A stretch of DNA of 64,000 nucleotides from a virus, in IMG/VR virus record IMGVR_UViG_3300027749_000051, positions 61,155-125,154 of that record; one strand, 5' to 3'. Positions 1 through 9,865 of this stretch are shown in pieces. A program made the translations under genes and the position numbers. The notes under the pieces were generated by a model. It saw only the letters and a program-made list of their open reading frames with translations, did not search any database and was not told the DNA's origin. How positions within the stretch are numbered: position 1 is the first letter of the stretch; each line of letters opens with the position of its first letter.

Positions 1-93
1 ATGTTTAGACTTTCGTTTTTTAATTTTTAAAGAACTACCTATATAAACCTTATTATTTATGATGTTAGTTATTTTATATATTCCACATCCCAT
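1..93 (-). CDS. GIY-YIG homing endonuclease, N-terminal part (runs off window start)
   Basis: Manual translation of the minus strand from ATG at 93 gives MGCGIYKITNIINNKVYIGSSLKIKKRKSKH, with the GIY...YIG motif. Not in ORF track. Confidence 0.85.
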   Translation of the reverse strand, partial: MGCGIYKITNIINNKVYIGSSLKIKKRKSKH

Positions 94-158
94 AATAATA
101 AGTATTCTCTTTATTGAAATATAGAGATAAATGACTATTTATTAAATAAAAAACACTC

Positions 159-1901
159 ATGAATTTTTTAGAATTATTAAAAGAAGGTAAAGTTGAGGAC
201 TTTAAAGAGAAGTATGGTAGGAAATTTTCGACAGATCATCTCAATAAAATTACATCCTCAGTTCCGAAGAAATACTTGGAATGGGTTGGAAAAGTTATTG
301 ATGATGTTAATTTTGATGAGAATATTCAAAAATTAGTTGATGGTATTAATAAATTTGAAAAGCATTCAACGAATCTTCCATTAACGGATATCAACCAATA
401 TAAAAGTTTAGATCAACTTCTTAAAGGAATTTCTGATTATGAGAATAAGCCAAGAAGAGATTTTAAACAAGTTAAGGGTGGAATTGTTGTTTATGATGAT
501 GGAAGATACTTTGTTGTAAACCCATCAGATCATGAGACATCGTGTTATTATGGTAAAGGAACGAAGTGGTGTACAGCTGCGGATAGTGATATTCATTTTA
601 AACAATTTAATGAAGATGGTAAGTTATTTTACATTTTAGATAGGAGTAAACCAACAAATGATCCGACATATAAAGTTGCCTTATTAAAGAAGTTTGATGG
701 TAATGAAACTTTTTATGATGCAAAAGATGAAACATTTAATGTTAGTAACGCAAAGATATTATTTGGAACTGATGTTTATGATAAGATTATGGGTTCAGTT
801 AACGATTATTTGAAACAAGAATTTTCAGAACAACTGAAGATATATGGTGATAAAGAATTGGCAAAAAAAGAAAAAGAAAGAATTGAAAAGCTAAGACAAC
901 GAAGAATACTTTTGGAAAAAGAGGTTGCCGCTCAGTTAAGAAGAGATAATTTTGAATGGGAGTTAGGCCCTGATTGTCCTGAAGTGGGATTGAAGGCACA
1001 TGCTTTATTAAAGTCTTTGGACGATCTTGGTGAGGTTGAAGCAAGAACATCTGAAGATAATCAGGAAATATCTAAAATTAAAACTCAAATTGAAGGATTA
1101 CAAAATGAGGGTGGAGATAACACAGAAGAAATTGAAGAATTAGAACAAGAATTGGAGGAGTTAATAAATAAGATTGATGTTTATAATATTATTCCAATAG
1201 GATCTTATTATGATACAACAGAGTTTGAGGTTATAAATTCCTCAGTAGATGGTAATACATATGCAGTTGGTGATGAGGGTGAGATCGATTCAAGTGCTTA
1301 TGAAAGTGTTGAGCAATTAGTTGACGATATTGGATATGAAGGATTCAGTAGAAATTTTGTTATGAATTATTTGGATACTGATGCAATTGAGGGCACTGCT
1401 GAGGATATCTATAACCAAGATGTTTATAATTGTCCTGAATGTTATCTTTCTGAAGATCAAAGAATGTTATCAAGAGAACAAGAGAGTGAGATTGATCGTC
1501 TTGAAAATAGAGCTGAAAAACTTAAGGCAACAATCGAGCAACTTAAAAAAGAAAAGGCTCAACATGATAATGAACTAATTGATGAGAAGATTGAAGAACT
1601 AACTGATTTAATTGATGAGATTGAAACAGAGATTGAAGAAATACGTAATGATCCTGATGGGGACTGGCCTGATGATTTATTAGAGGAAGCAATTAAAGAT
1701 AGAGTTAGTGAAGCGATGGATGATCCAGAATCGTTTTTGAATGAGATGGGATTTTCATTTAGTGATTATATTGACAAAGATGAGTTTATAAAGGCGGTTA
1801 TTGATGAGGATGGATATGCACATACATTAGCTAGATATGATGGAAGCGCCGATGAGGTTTCGGTTAATGGTGTATCTTTTTATGTGATGAGAATTGATTA
1901 A
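159..1901 (+). CDS. Hypothetical 580-aa protein with YYGKGTKWC motif and very acidic coiled-coil C-terminal half
   Basis: Long ORF; D/E-rich heptad segments; no function recognised. Confidence 0.8.
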   Translation: MNFLELLKEGKVEDFKEKYGRKFSTDHLNKITSSVPKKYLEWVGKVIDDVNFDENIQKLVDGINKFEKHSTNLPLTDINQYKSLDQLLKGISDYENKPRRDFKQVKGGIVVYDDGRYFVVNPSDHETSCYYGKGTKWCTAADSDIHFKQFNEDGKLFYILDRSKPTNDPTYKVALLKKFDGNETFYDAKDETFNVSNAKILFGTDVYDKIMGSVNDYLKQEFSEQLKIYGDKELAKKEKERIEKLRQRRILLEKEVAAQLRRDNFEWELGPDCPEVGLKAHALLKSLDDLGEVEARTSEDNQEISKIKTQIEGLQNEGGDNTEEIEELEQELEELINKIDVYNIIPIGSYYDTTEFEVINSSVDGNTYAVGDEGEIDSSAYESVEQLVDDIGYEGFSRNFVMNYLDTDAIEGTAEDIYNQDVYNCPECYLSEDQRMLSREQESEIDRLENRAEKLKATIEQLKKEKAQHDNELIDEKIEELTDLIDEIETEIEEIRNDPDGDWPDDLLEEAIKDRVSEAMDDPESFLNEMGFSFSDYIDKDEFIKAVIDEDGYAHTLARYDGSADEVSVNGVSFYVMRID

Positions 1902-1928
1902 TGATTTGATTAAGTTTATTATTATGAT

Positions 1929-2705
1929 ATGGGAAGAAAAAAGAAAATATTATTCAAATTAAGCCCCGAGTGGATGCTCAAAGCACCAGTTGATTTTGAA
2001 TATAACAAATATACTTTGTTGGACTATTTGCAGAAGTGTGAGAAAAGGTTTGATAAGTTAGAGATTTATCCTGACTTTGTTGAGTTATCTTTACATCTTG
2101 CTAATCTACAATCTTTGGCGAAAGAGAATACTTTACTACTAACTAATAAGAAGTTTGAGTCCTGTGATGATGAGATCTTATTACGAGAGTTGGTTCCAAA
2201 GAAAACCCGAGATTTAACGAAGGAAGAAGAAGATGAGTTAGAGAAAACAATTAAGTTCTCTGGTAACAAATTGTTTGATGCGTTTAATATTGCGAAATCA
2301 ATATGGAATCTGGCATATGATAATTTGGATGTCTTCATTAAGAAGAATCGGAAGTTCTTGGATAGTGGATGTGGATTTATTTATTTCTACAAAAAAAGTG
2401 AAAGCCTTTTATATGTTTGGGAATATGAAATAAAGAAACAAAAGGGTGAAACATATGTTGAGAAGACTTATCTAAGACCATTATATACAGGACCATCCGA
2501 AGAAACATTAAACACAATCATTGATAGTTTCTCCACATGGAAAGATAAGACTGGATGTAAAACTCTACCGATATTCGAATTAAGATCATCACAAGACTTT
2601 CCAATGGAAGAAACTTTAATCCCAATAATGAAACGGAAAATTATGTCATATGTTATTCAATCTGGAAATGTTGAAAAGGTTAATAATTTTGACACTAACA
2701 ATTAA
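1929..2705 (+). CDS. Hypothetical protein
   Basis: 258-aa ORF co-oriented with neighbours. Confidence 0.75.
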   Translation: MGRKKKILFKLSPEWMLKAPVDFEYNKYTLLDYLQKCEKRFDKLEIYPDFVELSLHLANLQSLAKENTLLLTNKKFESCDDEILLRELVPKKTRDLTKEEEDELEKTIKFSGNKLFDAFNIAKSIWNLAYDNLDVFIKKNRKFLDSGCGFIYFYKKSESLLYVWEYEIKKQKGETYVEKTYLRPLYTGPSEETLNTIIDSFSTWKDKTGCKTLPIFELRSSQDFPMEETLIPIMKRKIMSYVIQSGNVEKVNNFDTNN

Positions 2706-2724
2706 TTTATTAATTATTTAAATT

Positions 2725-2991
2725 ATGAAATCAAGATTAATTATTTTGGCGTTTATTACAATTCTATTCAGTTCTTGTTATGTGATGGATATTCCATCGT
2801 ATAACTCTTATCCGTCTTACCATAGTTATTATAGTTATCCGTCTTACCATAGTTATTATGGTTATAATCGAGGAAGGATAATTTCACGAGGTCATGTAGA
2901 ACATTATGGTGGAGGTGGTCATTATAACGGAAGTAATTATCACGGAGGTGGTAGTACTCGAGGATATAATATCCAAAGTAGAAGAAAATAA
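2725..2991 (+). CDS. Small predicted lipoprotein with Tyr/Ser/His- and Gly-rich low-complexity tail
   Basis: Hydrophobic signal peptide ending LFSSC (lipobox-like); internal YPSYHSYY repeat. Confidence 0.65.
   Translation: MKSRLIILAFITILFSSCYVMDIPSYNSYPSYHSYYSYPSYHSYYGYNRGRIISRGHVEHYGGGGHYNGSNYHGGGSTRGYNIQSRRK
2808..2861 (+). repeat. 27-bp tandem duplication (2 copies, 1 mismatch)
   Basis: TTATCCGTCTTACCATAGTTATTATAG followed by TTATCCGTCTTACCATAGTTATTATGG. Confidence 0.9.
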
Positions 2992-2996
2992 ATTGA

Positions 2997-3024
2997 AATC
3001 CACTAGACTTAGTGGATTTTTTTT
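2997..3024 (+). terminator. Intrinsic terminator
   Basis: AATCCACTA-GACT-TAGTGGATT followed by T run. Confidence 0.8.
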
Positions 3025-3069
3025 ATTATAATTGTAGATAAATAAACTTAACATGGAGGAAAGAAAACG

Positions 3070-3294
3070 ATGAAATGTATTAGATTGATTGGATGGGGTG
3101 TTAATGCTGACGCCAAAGAAATTCTAAGAGTTAAAGACTCAGAAGCAGAATTAAAAGTTAGAACTAAAGAATGGGAATATATTCCTAAGAATGTGTGGAA
3201 ACTTGAGGGACGAGTTGTTAGAAGTTCTAAACAAGAAGAAACTGAAGTTGTTGAAAAACATACTAAAGCATCAAATAAGAAAAAGAAGAAATGA
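3070..3294 (+). CDS. Small basic hypothetical protein
   Basis: 74-aa ORF; stop overlaps next ATG (ATGA). Confidence 0.65.
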   Translation: MKCIRLIGWGVNADAKEILRVKDSEAELKVRTKEWEYIPKNVWKLEGRVVRSSKQEETEVVEKHTKASNKKKKK

Positions 3295-3416
3295 AAAAGT
3301 TCTTAAAGAAGATCGAGTTTTTTATTGACTATTATTTTACATGGATGTTGTATAATGGTCGTAAAACTGATGACTATAATAACTATATGATAAAAAAATG
3401 GGGGAACATGAAATGA
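3291..3416 (+). CDS. 41-aa hypothetical protein
   Basis: Manual: MKKFLKKIEFFIDYYFTWMLYNGRKTDDYNNYMIKKWGNMK; ATGA overlaps with both neighbours. Not in ORF track. Confidence 0.6.
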   Translation: MKKFLKKIEFFIDYYFTWMLYNGRKTDDYNNYMIKKWGNMK

Positions 3417-3634
3417 CAGAAGAAATGGTAGATCATCCAAATCACTATGGGGGAGATAGTCCTTATGAAGTGATTAAAGTGTGTGAGGCTTGGGAGTTAG
3501 ATAATGACGCTTATCTATTCAATGTGGTAAAATATATTGCAAGAGCCGGTAAAAAAGATGTGGAGAAAGAGTTGGAAGATTTAAAGAAAGCATCATTCTA
3601 TTTGGATAGAAAAATAAAAAACTTAGAGAAATGA
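3413..3634 (+). CDS. DUF3310-family phage protein
   Basis: VDHPNHY...FNVVKYIARAGKK...EDLKKASFYL signature; start moved to ATG 3413 by overlap. Confidence 0.85.
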   Translation: MTEEMVDHPNHYGGDSPYEVIKVCEAWELDNDAYLFNVVKYIARAGKKDVEKELEDLKKASFYLDRKIKNLEK

Positions 3635-4068
3635 TTTTTTGGCTTACTGGTCAGCCAGGTTCAGGAAAAACAACTTTGGCTAAATGGATTTATGCGTCTA
3701 TTCTTAATAAAAAAGTAATAGTAGATGGTGATGATATTAGAGAAATATTCGAGAATAAAGATTATAGTGAACAAGGAAGAAGAAAGAATGTTGAGCTAGC
3801 GCAGAACATTGCATTATTTTTACATAATAAAGGTGTTGATGTTATTGTTTCAGTTGTCTCTCCGTATAGGGATCAAAGAGAAAGTTTCAAAGAAAGACTG
3901 AAAGATAATATTACAGAACTTTATATTCATTGTGATGATGAACGAGGAAGAGAAAAATACCATGTCTTAAATTATGAACCACCAATTGATAATTTCATGG
4001 ATGTTGATACCACAAATGACGATGACTTTACAAGCTTTCAATTAATAAGAGAAAAATTAAAAATATGA
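3631..4068 (+). CDS. cysC: Adenylylsulfate (APS) kinase
   Basis: MIFWLTGQPGSGKTT P-loop, DGDDIR, VSVVSPY, HVLNYEPP. Confidence 0.85.
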   Translation: MIFWLTGQPGSGKTTLAKWIYASILNKKVIVDGDDIREIFENKDYSEQGRRKNVELAQNIALFLHNKGVDVIVSVVSPYRDQRESFKERLKDNITELYIHCDDERGREKYHVLNYEPPIDNFMDVDTTNDDDFTSFQLIREKLKI

Positions 4069-4925
4069 GAAAATTAGAAGATATTACAAATACCGTCATT
4101 AATGGAGATTGTGTTGAGGTAATGAAGGAACTTCCTGAATCTACAGTAGATCTGGTTGTGACATCACCTCCATATAATGTTGGGATTGATTACGATACTC
4201 ACTATGACAGACTAGAGATGGATGACTATTGGAATTGGACTGAGAAATGGTTATCCGAATCTTATAGATTGTTAAAAGATGATGGGAGAATTGCTATCAA
4301 TATTCCATATGAAGTGAATGTTCAGACTAGAGGTGGTAGAGTATTATTTATGGCTGAGTTCTGGCAAGTGATGAAGAAGGTAGGATTTAATTTCTTCGGA
4401 CTGATTGACCTTGATGAAGTTTCACCACATAGAAGTAAGACTACCGCTTGGGGATCGTGGATGTCGCCTTCCTCACCATATATCTACAATCCAAAGGAAT
4501 GTGTAATCTTGGCGTATAAGAAGAATCAAATTAAAAAGATTAAGGGTGAACCACAATGGGTTGGTAAACCTGTTAATTTGGAGTTAGAAGATGGGTCAAT
4601 AAAGAAAAAAATTGTTTATCAGGAAGATCATAAGAAAGAGTTTATGGAACTTGTTTATGGGCAATGGAATTACTTTGCAGATACCAAACAGATGACCAAA
4701 GCGACCTTTTCAATGGATATTCCATCAAAGGCGATCAAGATCCTTACTTATAGAAATGATGTTGTTTTAGACCCTTTCTGTGGATCTGGTACTAGTTTAG
4801 TTGCCGCTGAAGTGGAGGGCAGACGATGGATTGGAATAGAACTAAGTGATAATTATTCCAAAGTCGCCAAGGAACGAGTCCAATCTTTTGTGGATAATAA
4901 AAAACAATTGAAATTAGAGTTATAA
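4065..4925 (+). CDS. DNA methyltransferase, N4-C/N6-A, beta class
   Basis: INGDC...VTSPPY (motif IV) precedes VLDPFCGSGTS (motif I) and WIGIE. Confidence 0.92.
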   Translation: MRKLEDITNTVINGDCVEVMKELPESTVDLVVTSPPYNVGIDYDTHYDRLEMDDYWNWTEKWLSESYRLLKDDGRIAINIPYEVNVQTRGGRVLFMAEFWQVMKKVGFNFFGLIDLDEVSPHRSKTTAWGSWMSPSSPYIYNPKECVILAYKKNQIKKIKGEPQWVGKPVNLELEDGSIKKKIVYQEDHKKEFMELVYGQWNYFADTKQMTKATFSMDIPSKAIKILTYRNDVVLDPFCGSGTSLVAAEVEGRRWIGIELSDNYSKVAKERVQSFVDNKKQLKLEL

Positions 4926-4962
4926 AAAAAGGGTTTCAACACCCTTTTTTTATGCGGATAGA

Positions 4963-4970
4963 TATTTATA
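4963..4970 (+). promoter_or_regulatory. TATTTATA putative phage-specific promoter element (one of about 20 copies)
   Basis: Motif recurs shortly upstream of many start codons on the coding strand (e.g. 23560, 40748, 41796, 47013, 52964, 57200, 63768). Confidence 0.6.
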
Positions 4971-4991
4971 AACAAACTTAAGTATAATATT

Positions 4992-5363
4992 ATGAAAGAA
5001 GAATTAATTTTAGAACTAGTCCAAATACAAAATCAGTTTAGATTTTTACATTGGCAAACTTTTGGAGATGCTAAGCATAGGGCTTATGATATGATTTACA
5101 AATCATTAGGAAAACTTATTGATAAGTTCGCAGAGGCTTTGATGGGTAAACAAGGGAGGTTTGAATTTGATTCTGAATTTTCAATATTATTTCAAGATAT
5201 AAAAACTATTAGTGTTCAAGATTTTGTTGACTCAATAACAGAATTTTTGGTTGGAATGACGGATAAACTTGATTCAAGATATGACACCGACTTATTAAAC
5301 ATAAGAGATGAGATGTTAGGTGATATCAACCAACTAAAATACTTATTAACTTTAAAATATTAA
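4992..5363 (+). CDS. Ferritin-like phage protein (DUF5856-like)
   Basis: LHWQT...HRAY...IDKFAE...DLLNIRDEMLGDINQLKYLLTL four-helix pattern. Confidence 0.7.
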   Translation: MKEELILELVQIQNQFRFLHWQTFGDAKHRAYDMIYKSLGKLIDKFAEALMGKQGRFEFDSEFSILFQDIKTISVQDFVDSITEFLVGMTDKLDSRYDTDLLNIRDEMLGDINQLKYLLTLKY

Positions 5364-5365
5364 TT

Positions 5366-5713
5366 ATGTCACAGAAAATTATTAGATTAACCGAAGCGGA
5401 TTTAAATCGAATTGTAAAAAAAATTATTAAAGAAAGTGATTTTGAGCATGAAAATTTGATTAGAGGTATTCAGAAATTTTTAAATGAGAAATTAAAGACT
5501 AGGTTAAAAATTGATGGAAAAACAGGACCAAATTCAGACACTGAGAAAGCAATCTCGAAATACCAACTAATGATTGGTGTTTATCCTGTGGATGGTATAT
5601 GGGGTGAAATAACAGAGAGTAAGATGCCTAAAAGAGATGTACAAAGACTTAAAGATCTTATTGCCGAAGAGGGGGGAATTATTGATACCTTCTTAAATAA
5701 TATAGGTTTATAA
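5366..5713 (+). CDS. Peptidoglycan-binding domain protein with shared N-terminal leader
   Basis: IQKFLN...LKIDGKTGPNS...AISKYQ...VDGIWG PG-binding pattern; leader IIRLTEADLNRIVKKIIKE. Confidence 0.75.
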   Translation: MSQKIIRLTEADLNRIVKKIIKESDFEHENLIRGIQKFLNEKLKTRLKIDGKTGPNSDTEKAISKYQLMIGVYPVDGIWGEITESKMPKRDVQRLKDLIAEEGGIIDTFLNNIGL

Positions 5714-7128
5714 TGAAAAAACTAATCAGTGAGACAGGTCTACGCGACATTTCTGCTTTAAGGAAGAGATATCCTAAGGCAGAAATTTATTTTCATCAGG
5801 ATCTTGATGGGGTGGCAACTGCATTAGGGATGAAGAAATATCTTGAGGACAATGGTATTAAAGTTGTCGATGCCCATATTATTCAATATGGAGATAAGGA
5901 GTTTTCAATTAAAAAGAATGATGCTCAAGGAGACACGATGCCTGTCTTAGTTGATTTTGCTCACGGTAAACCAATGTTTGTTATTCATACTGACCATCAC
6001 GACAAACAAGTCGGAGTGGAAAAAGATACTTCAAAACATTTTGGTAGTGCTCGTTCAAATGTTGAGACCATTTCACAAATAGTTTCTCCAAAGGATTTGT
6101 TTCCAAATCCTGATATCCTTTTAATTAGTACTGTTGACTCAGCAGATTTTGCCAAGTATGATTTAACACCTGACGATGTTGTTAATTATCTATATAGAAT
6201 AGATAAGGAGGTACCTCTACAAAAGAATAAGATGTTGTTAGGGTTAGTGATTAATAAATTGTTATTGGCGTTTAAGAACAAACCAGGATTTTTAGAAAGT
6301 TTAGTGATGAATTCAGAACCTTCTCTATTATCCATCTTAAATAATATTAAGAAATGGATGAGAGAAACTAAATCACCAGGTCCTGAAGAACTTCAGAAAA
6401 ATGCTGAAGATTATAGGGAGACAATGAAAACTTATCCAAAACAAAAAGTAAGTGATGGAATAATTTATCAATATGGTGGTGGAAGAATGATTAAGCCAGG
6501 ATCTTATGATAGGTATACTGCATTCCGTAATAATCCTGATGCAGATTTTTTAATTATGGCTTGGCCTATGGGATTACTTCAGGCATCTTGTAATCCATTT
6601 AAAAAAGATCGTGAATTAAAAGGAGTTAATCTTGGAGAAATTGCCCAAGAAGTTTTAGGTAGATGGGAATCACAACTTAAAACAAGAAGCATACCTTTAT
6701 CAACAATAAAATGGATTAGCGAGACTGGTGTTAACCCTGAAAGTGTCGGATTTACTTTCAAAGACTTTGACGCATTGTATGGTGGTAAGTTTATGTTTAT
6801 GGATGGTGGCGAAAAGGCGTTGAAGAAAATTGAAGAGATTATGGATAAGCCATTCACAGATTTAACCGAAGATGAAAAAAATCTTTTAGATAAGATTGGG
6901 ATTAATGCTTGGGAATTAATTCAGGCAGGTTCAGGGGGACATAAATGTATTACCAACATTTCGGGACTAAATTATTTAGGTAGAGCTAAACGACCACCAC
7001 AAGGTTCATATCGTTATGACCCGGAAAGAGAAGACGCGGCTTATATCAAATTCCTTAAAACATTGGCGTCTGAATTTGAGAAAAAACTAAAAGAAAAGAT
7101 TAACGAATCAAAAGAAAAAGTAGAATAA
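5713..7128 (+). CDS. DHH-like phosphoesterase
   Basis: HQDLDG, LVDF, TDHHD motifs and C-terminal GSGGH. Confidence 0.7.
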   Translation: MKKLISETGLRDISALRKRYPKAEIYFHQDLDGVATALGMKKYLEDNGIKVVDAHIIQYGDKEFSIKKNDAQGDTMPVLVDFAHGKPMFVIHTDHHDKQVGVEKDTSKHFGSARSNVETISQIVSPKDLFPNPDILLISTVDSADFAKYDLTPDDVVNYLYRIDKEVPLQKNKMLLGLVINKLLLAFKNKPGFLESLVMNSEPSLLSILNNIKKWMRETKSPGPEELQKNAEDYRETMKTYPKQKVSDGIIYQYGGGRMIKPGSYDRYTAFRNNPDADFLIMAWPMGLLQASCNPFKKDRELKGVNLGEIAQEVLGRWESQLKTRSIPLSTIKWISETGVNPESVGFTFKDFDALYGGKFMFMDGGEKALKKIEEIMDKPFTDLTEDEKNLLDKIGINAWELIQAGSGGHKCITNISGLNYLGRAKRPPQGSYRYDPEREDAAYIKFLKTLASEFEKKLKEKINESKEKVE

Positions 7129-7156
7129 AAAATAGATTTGTGGTGGACATAAATGA

Positions 7157-8650
7157 ATGATTTACTATATTTATAGTAAATCATTTTTTATGCTAAAAAC
7201 AATAGAATTAACTTTTAATATTGCAGGAAATGTTGGGAATTATTATAAAGAAAATAATATAGATATTAAATATAATAGTATTAATACTATACCAATTGAG
7301 AAAGTAAATCCTGATAGTCATTTAATGGTTGACGCCATTTGTGATGTTTGTGGTAAAGAGACTAAAGTACAATATAGAAGATATAATAAATCTATTAAAA
7401 ATGGGGGATATTACTCTTGTTCGTCTAAATGTGGAAAGAATAAGACAATAGAGACTAATATTGTTAAGTACGGGTCAAATTCATACTTTGAAAGTAATGA
7501 GTTTAAAGATAAATCAAAGAAAACATTTTTAACTAAATGGGGGGTAGATCATTTTAGACGAAGCGATCAATGGAAAGTTGAAAATAGTATTGCGGAAATT
7601 GAAAAACGAAAAAAAACAATATTTGATACATTTATCGGTGAAAATCCAAAAATTATTGGGCAAGATGGTGATAATTTTATAATTAGTTGTGAGATTCATG
7701 GGCAGTCAACAATACCTAAATCTATATTTGCAAATAGAAAAATAATTGGAACCGAATTTTGTACCATTTGTAAACCGATTGAATCTAATATTTCAGGAAA
7801 AGAAGTATTGTTGAAAAAGTTGATTTCTGAAATATATGATGGAAAAATTATTATTGGATATAAAATTGAACGAAAAGAAATTGATATCTTTTTACCTGAC
7901 ATTAATATTGGGTTTGAATTTAATGGGTTAAGATGGCACTCTGAATTATTTAAAGAAAAAGAATACCATATTAATAAGACTAATTTATGTAAATTGCATG
8001 GAATACGACTAATTCATATATTTGAAGATGATTTTGATTTTAAATTAGATATCGTTAAATCAATAATATCTAATGTTATTGGGAAAAGCGAAATAATTCC
8101 AGCAAGGAAAACAACAATTAAAAGAATAAATGAAAAGGATATTGTTAAAATATTTTTAAATGAAAATCATCTTCAAGGATTTGTTAACACGAATATTAAT
8201 TATGGGTTATATTATGACGGTGAATTAGTTAGTTTAATGACCTTCTCAAAATTAAGAAAAATTTTTAAAAATAAAATATTGGATAATAGTTATGAACTAG
8301 TGAGATTTTGTAATAAAATTGGTATCGGGGTTATAGGTGGGGCTTCAAAATTATTTAAGAATTTTTTAATTGAATATAATCCTAAAGATGTGATATCTTA
8401 TTGTGATATTTCTTGGGCGACTGGAGATTTGTATAAGAGATTAGGATTTGATTCTTTATGTATAACTCCACCAAATTATTATTATGTTATTAATAGAAAC
8501 CGAGAAAATAGAATAAAATATCAAAAACATAAATTGGTTAAACTCGGGTATGATGAAAATATGACCGAATCTAAAATTATGAATAGTAGGGGGTATTTTA
8601 GAATCTATAATTGTGGAAATGAGAAATACATTTATAAAAATACGAATTAA
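7157..8650 (+). mobile_element. Putative free-standing homing endonuclease (Zn ribbon + PD-(D/E)xK domain + C-terminal extension)
   Basis: CDVC, CTIC zinc motifs; EIDIFLPDINIGFEFNGLRWHS nuclease motif; lower GC than neighbours. Confidence 0.7.
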
Positions 8651-8997
8651 TCAACTACATAACGGACAGAGTCACCTGTTTTAATCTCAAGGTTTTCACA
8701 GGTACCACCTTCGACTTCAAGAACAATATTACCATAACCACAATAAGTTTTACAATCTTTGGTGTCACAAGGGGGACAATTATGATGTATTTTTGTGATT
8801 ATGTGATCTTTAATGATAATTATATCAAGAGAGGTTATACAATTTTTCATATAAAAACATTGTTTATCTCCGCCCATTAAAAATAATAGTCCGTCAAAAG
8901 AATTATCAAAAGTCTTTCCCATCATACCGATTGATTGGGACTTTTTATCGGTAAGTGTTTTGACATTAAAAATATTTTTATTAATTTTAACTCTCAT
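8647..8997 (-). CDS. DUF192-family protein
   Basis: GMMGKTF...GLLF...FYMKNCITSLDIIII...VLEVEGG pattern. Confidence 0.8.
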   Translation of the reverse strand: MRVKINKNIFNVKTLTDKKSQSIGMMGKTFDNSFDGLLFLMGGDKQCFYMKNCITSLDIIIIKDHIITKIHHNCPPCDTKDCKTYCGYGNIVLEVEGGTCENLEIKTGDSVRYVVD

Positions 8998-9010
8998 AAC
9001 AATAAATACA

Positions 9011-9427
9011 ATGGAAATTAAAAGGAGCTCAGGTGTTCTTGTAAAGTGTGAAGATAAAGTTCTTCTTTGTAAAAGAAATAAGGAAAAAACTTTTCCAGGA
9101 ATGTGGTCTATACCTGGAGGAGGAATGGAAGAGGGAGAATCATCTAAAGAATGCGCTAAGAGAGAGTTCTTTGAGGAGACCTCAGTTGATATTGATGATG
9201 ATGATTTGGAGTTTATTGGTATAATTCCTTGTTATCGCAAAGAATGGAAGGAAATTAAAGGATATATGTATGTTTATCTTTTAGTAGTTGATGAAGAAAT
9301 TATACCAGATCTTGAAATGGCTATGGATGGTTTTGAACACACCGCTTGTGATTATTTTAAGTTATCTGAAATTGATCCATTGACGACAGGAGACAACCTT
9401 TATAATTTAATTAAAACTACAATTTAA
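9011..9427 (+). CDS. NUDIX hydrolase
   Basis: GGGMEEGESSKECAKREFFEETSV Nudix box; start placed at ATG 9011 to avoid overlap with divergent gene. Confidence 0.9.
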   Translation: MEIKRSSGVLVKCEDKVLLCKRNKEKTFPGMWSIPGGGMEEGESSKECAKREFFEETSVDIDDDDLEFIGIIPCYRKEWKEIKGYMYVYLLVVDEEIIPDLEMAMDGFEHTACDYFKLSEIDPLTTGDNLYNLIKTTI

Positions 9428-9444
9428 ATAAAATAGAGTAATAA

Positions 9445-9476
9445 TTTGTTTATTTAAAATATGTTTTATATCTTTG
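9445..9476 (+). promoter_or_regulatory. Bacteroidota sigmaA-type promoter (-33 TTTG / -7 TAnnTTTG)
   Basis: TTTG 9445-9448, 20-nt spacer, TATCTTTG 9469-9476. Confidence 0.75.
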
Positions 9477-9494
9477 TAGTCTAAAATAAACGAT

Positions 9495-9776
9495 ATGAAC
9501 TTACCACAACACAACATCAAGATTCAACACGAGACATTCGGTATTCTTTTGAATGAAACTTTCGTAGATCCAATTCAGTTTAAATTATTCTTAAAAATGG
9601 TTCAAGGATGTTTGGAACTTAAGAATGATCTTACATTCTTTAATGGTGTTGATTTTTTGGTTCATATCCCTTTTAAGCATCTAACGAACTCAATTATTGT
9701 TACTAATGTAGACACATATACATTAGCGGATCATTTGATTAACAAATCAAAGGTTGAGGCGTTAGAAACAAGATAA
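9495..9776 (+). CDS. Hypothetical protein
   Basis: 93-aa ORF between promoter and terminator. Confidence 0.75.
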   Translation: MNLPQHNIKIQHETFGILLNETFVDPIQFKLFLKMVQGCLELKNDLTFFNGVDFLVHIPFKHLTNSIIVTNVDTYTLADHLINKSKVEALETR

Positions 9777-9835
9777 TTTCAAGTTTCCAAGTTCGTTAAA
9801 TTTGGTGGTGGAAGGCTGTCGACCGACTAGCCCCA

Positions 9836-9865
9836 AGAGAGAGACTTCGGTCTCTTTCTTTTTTA
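9836..9865 (+). terminator. Intrinsic terminator (TTCG loop)
   Basis: AGAGAGAGAC-TTCG-GTCTCTTTCT plus T run. Confidence 0.85.

Noticed and set aside
9803-9834. GC-rich mini hairpin GGCT-GTC-GACC-GAC-T-AGCC before the terminator
   Set aside because: Too short, single copy, no recognisable motif.
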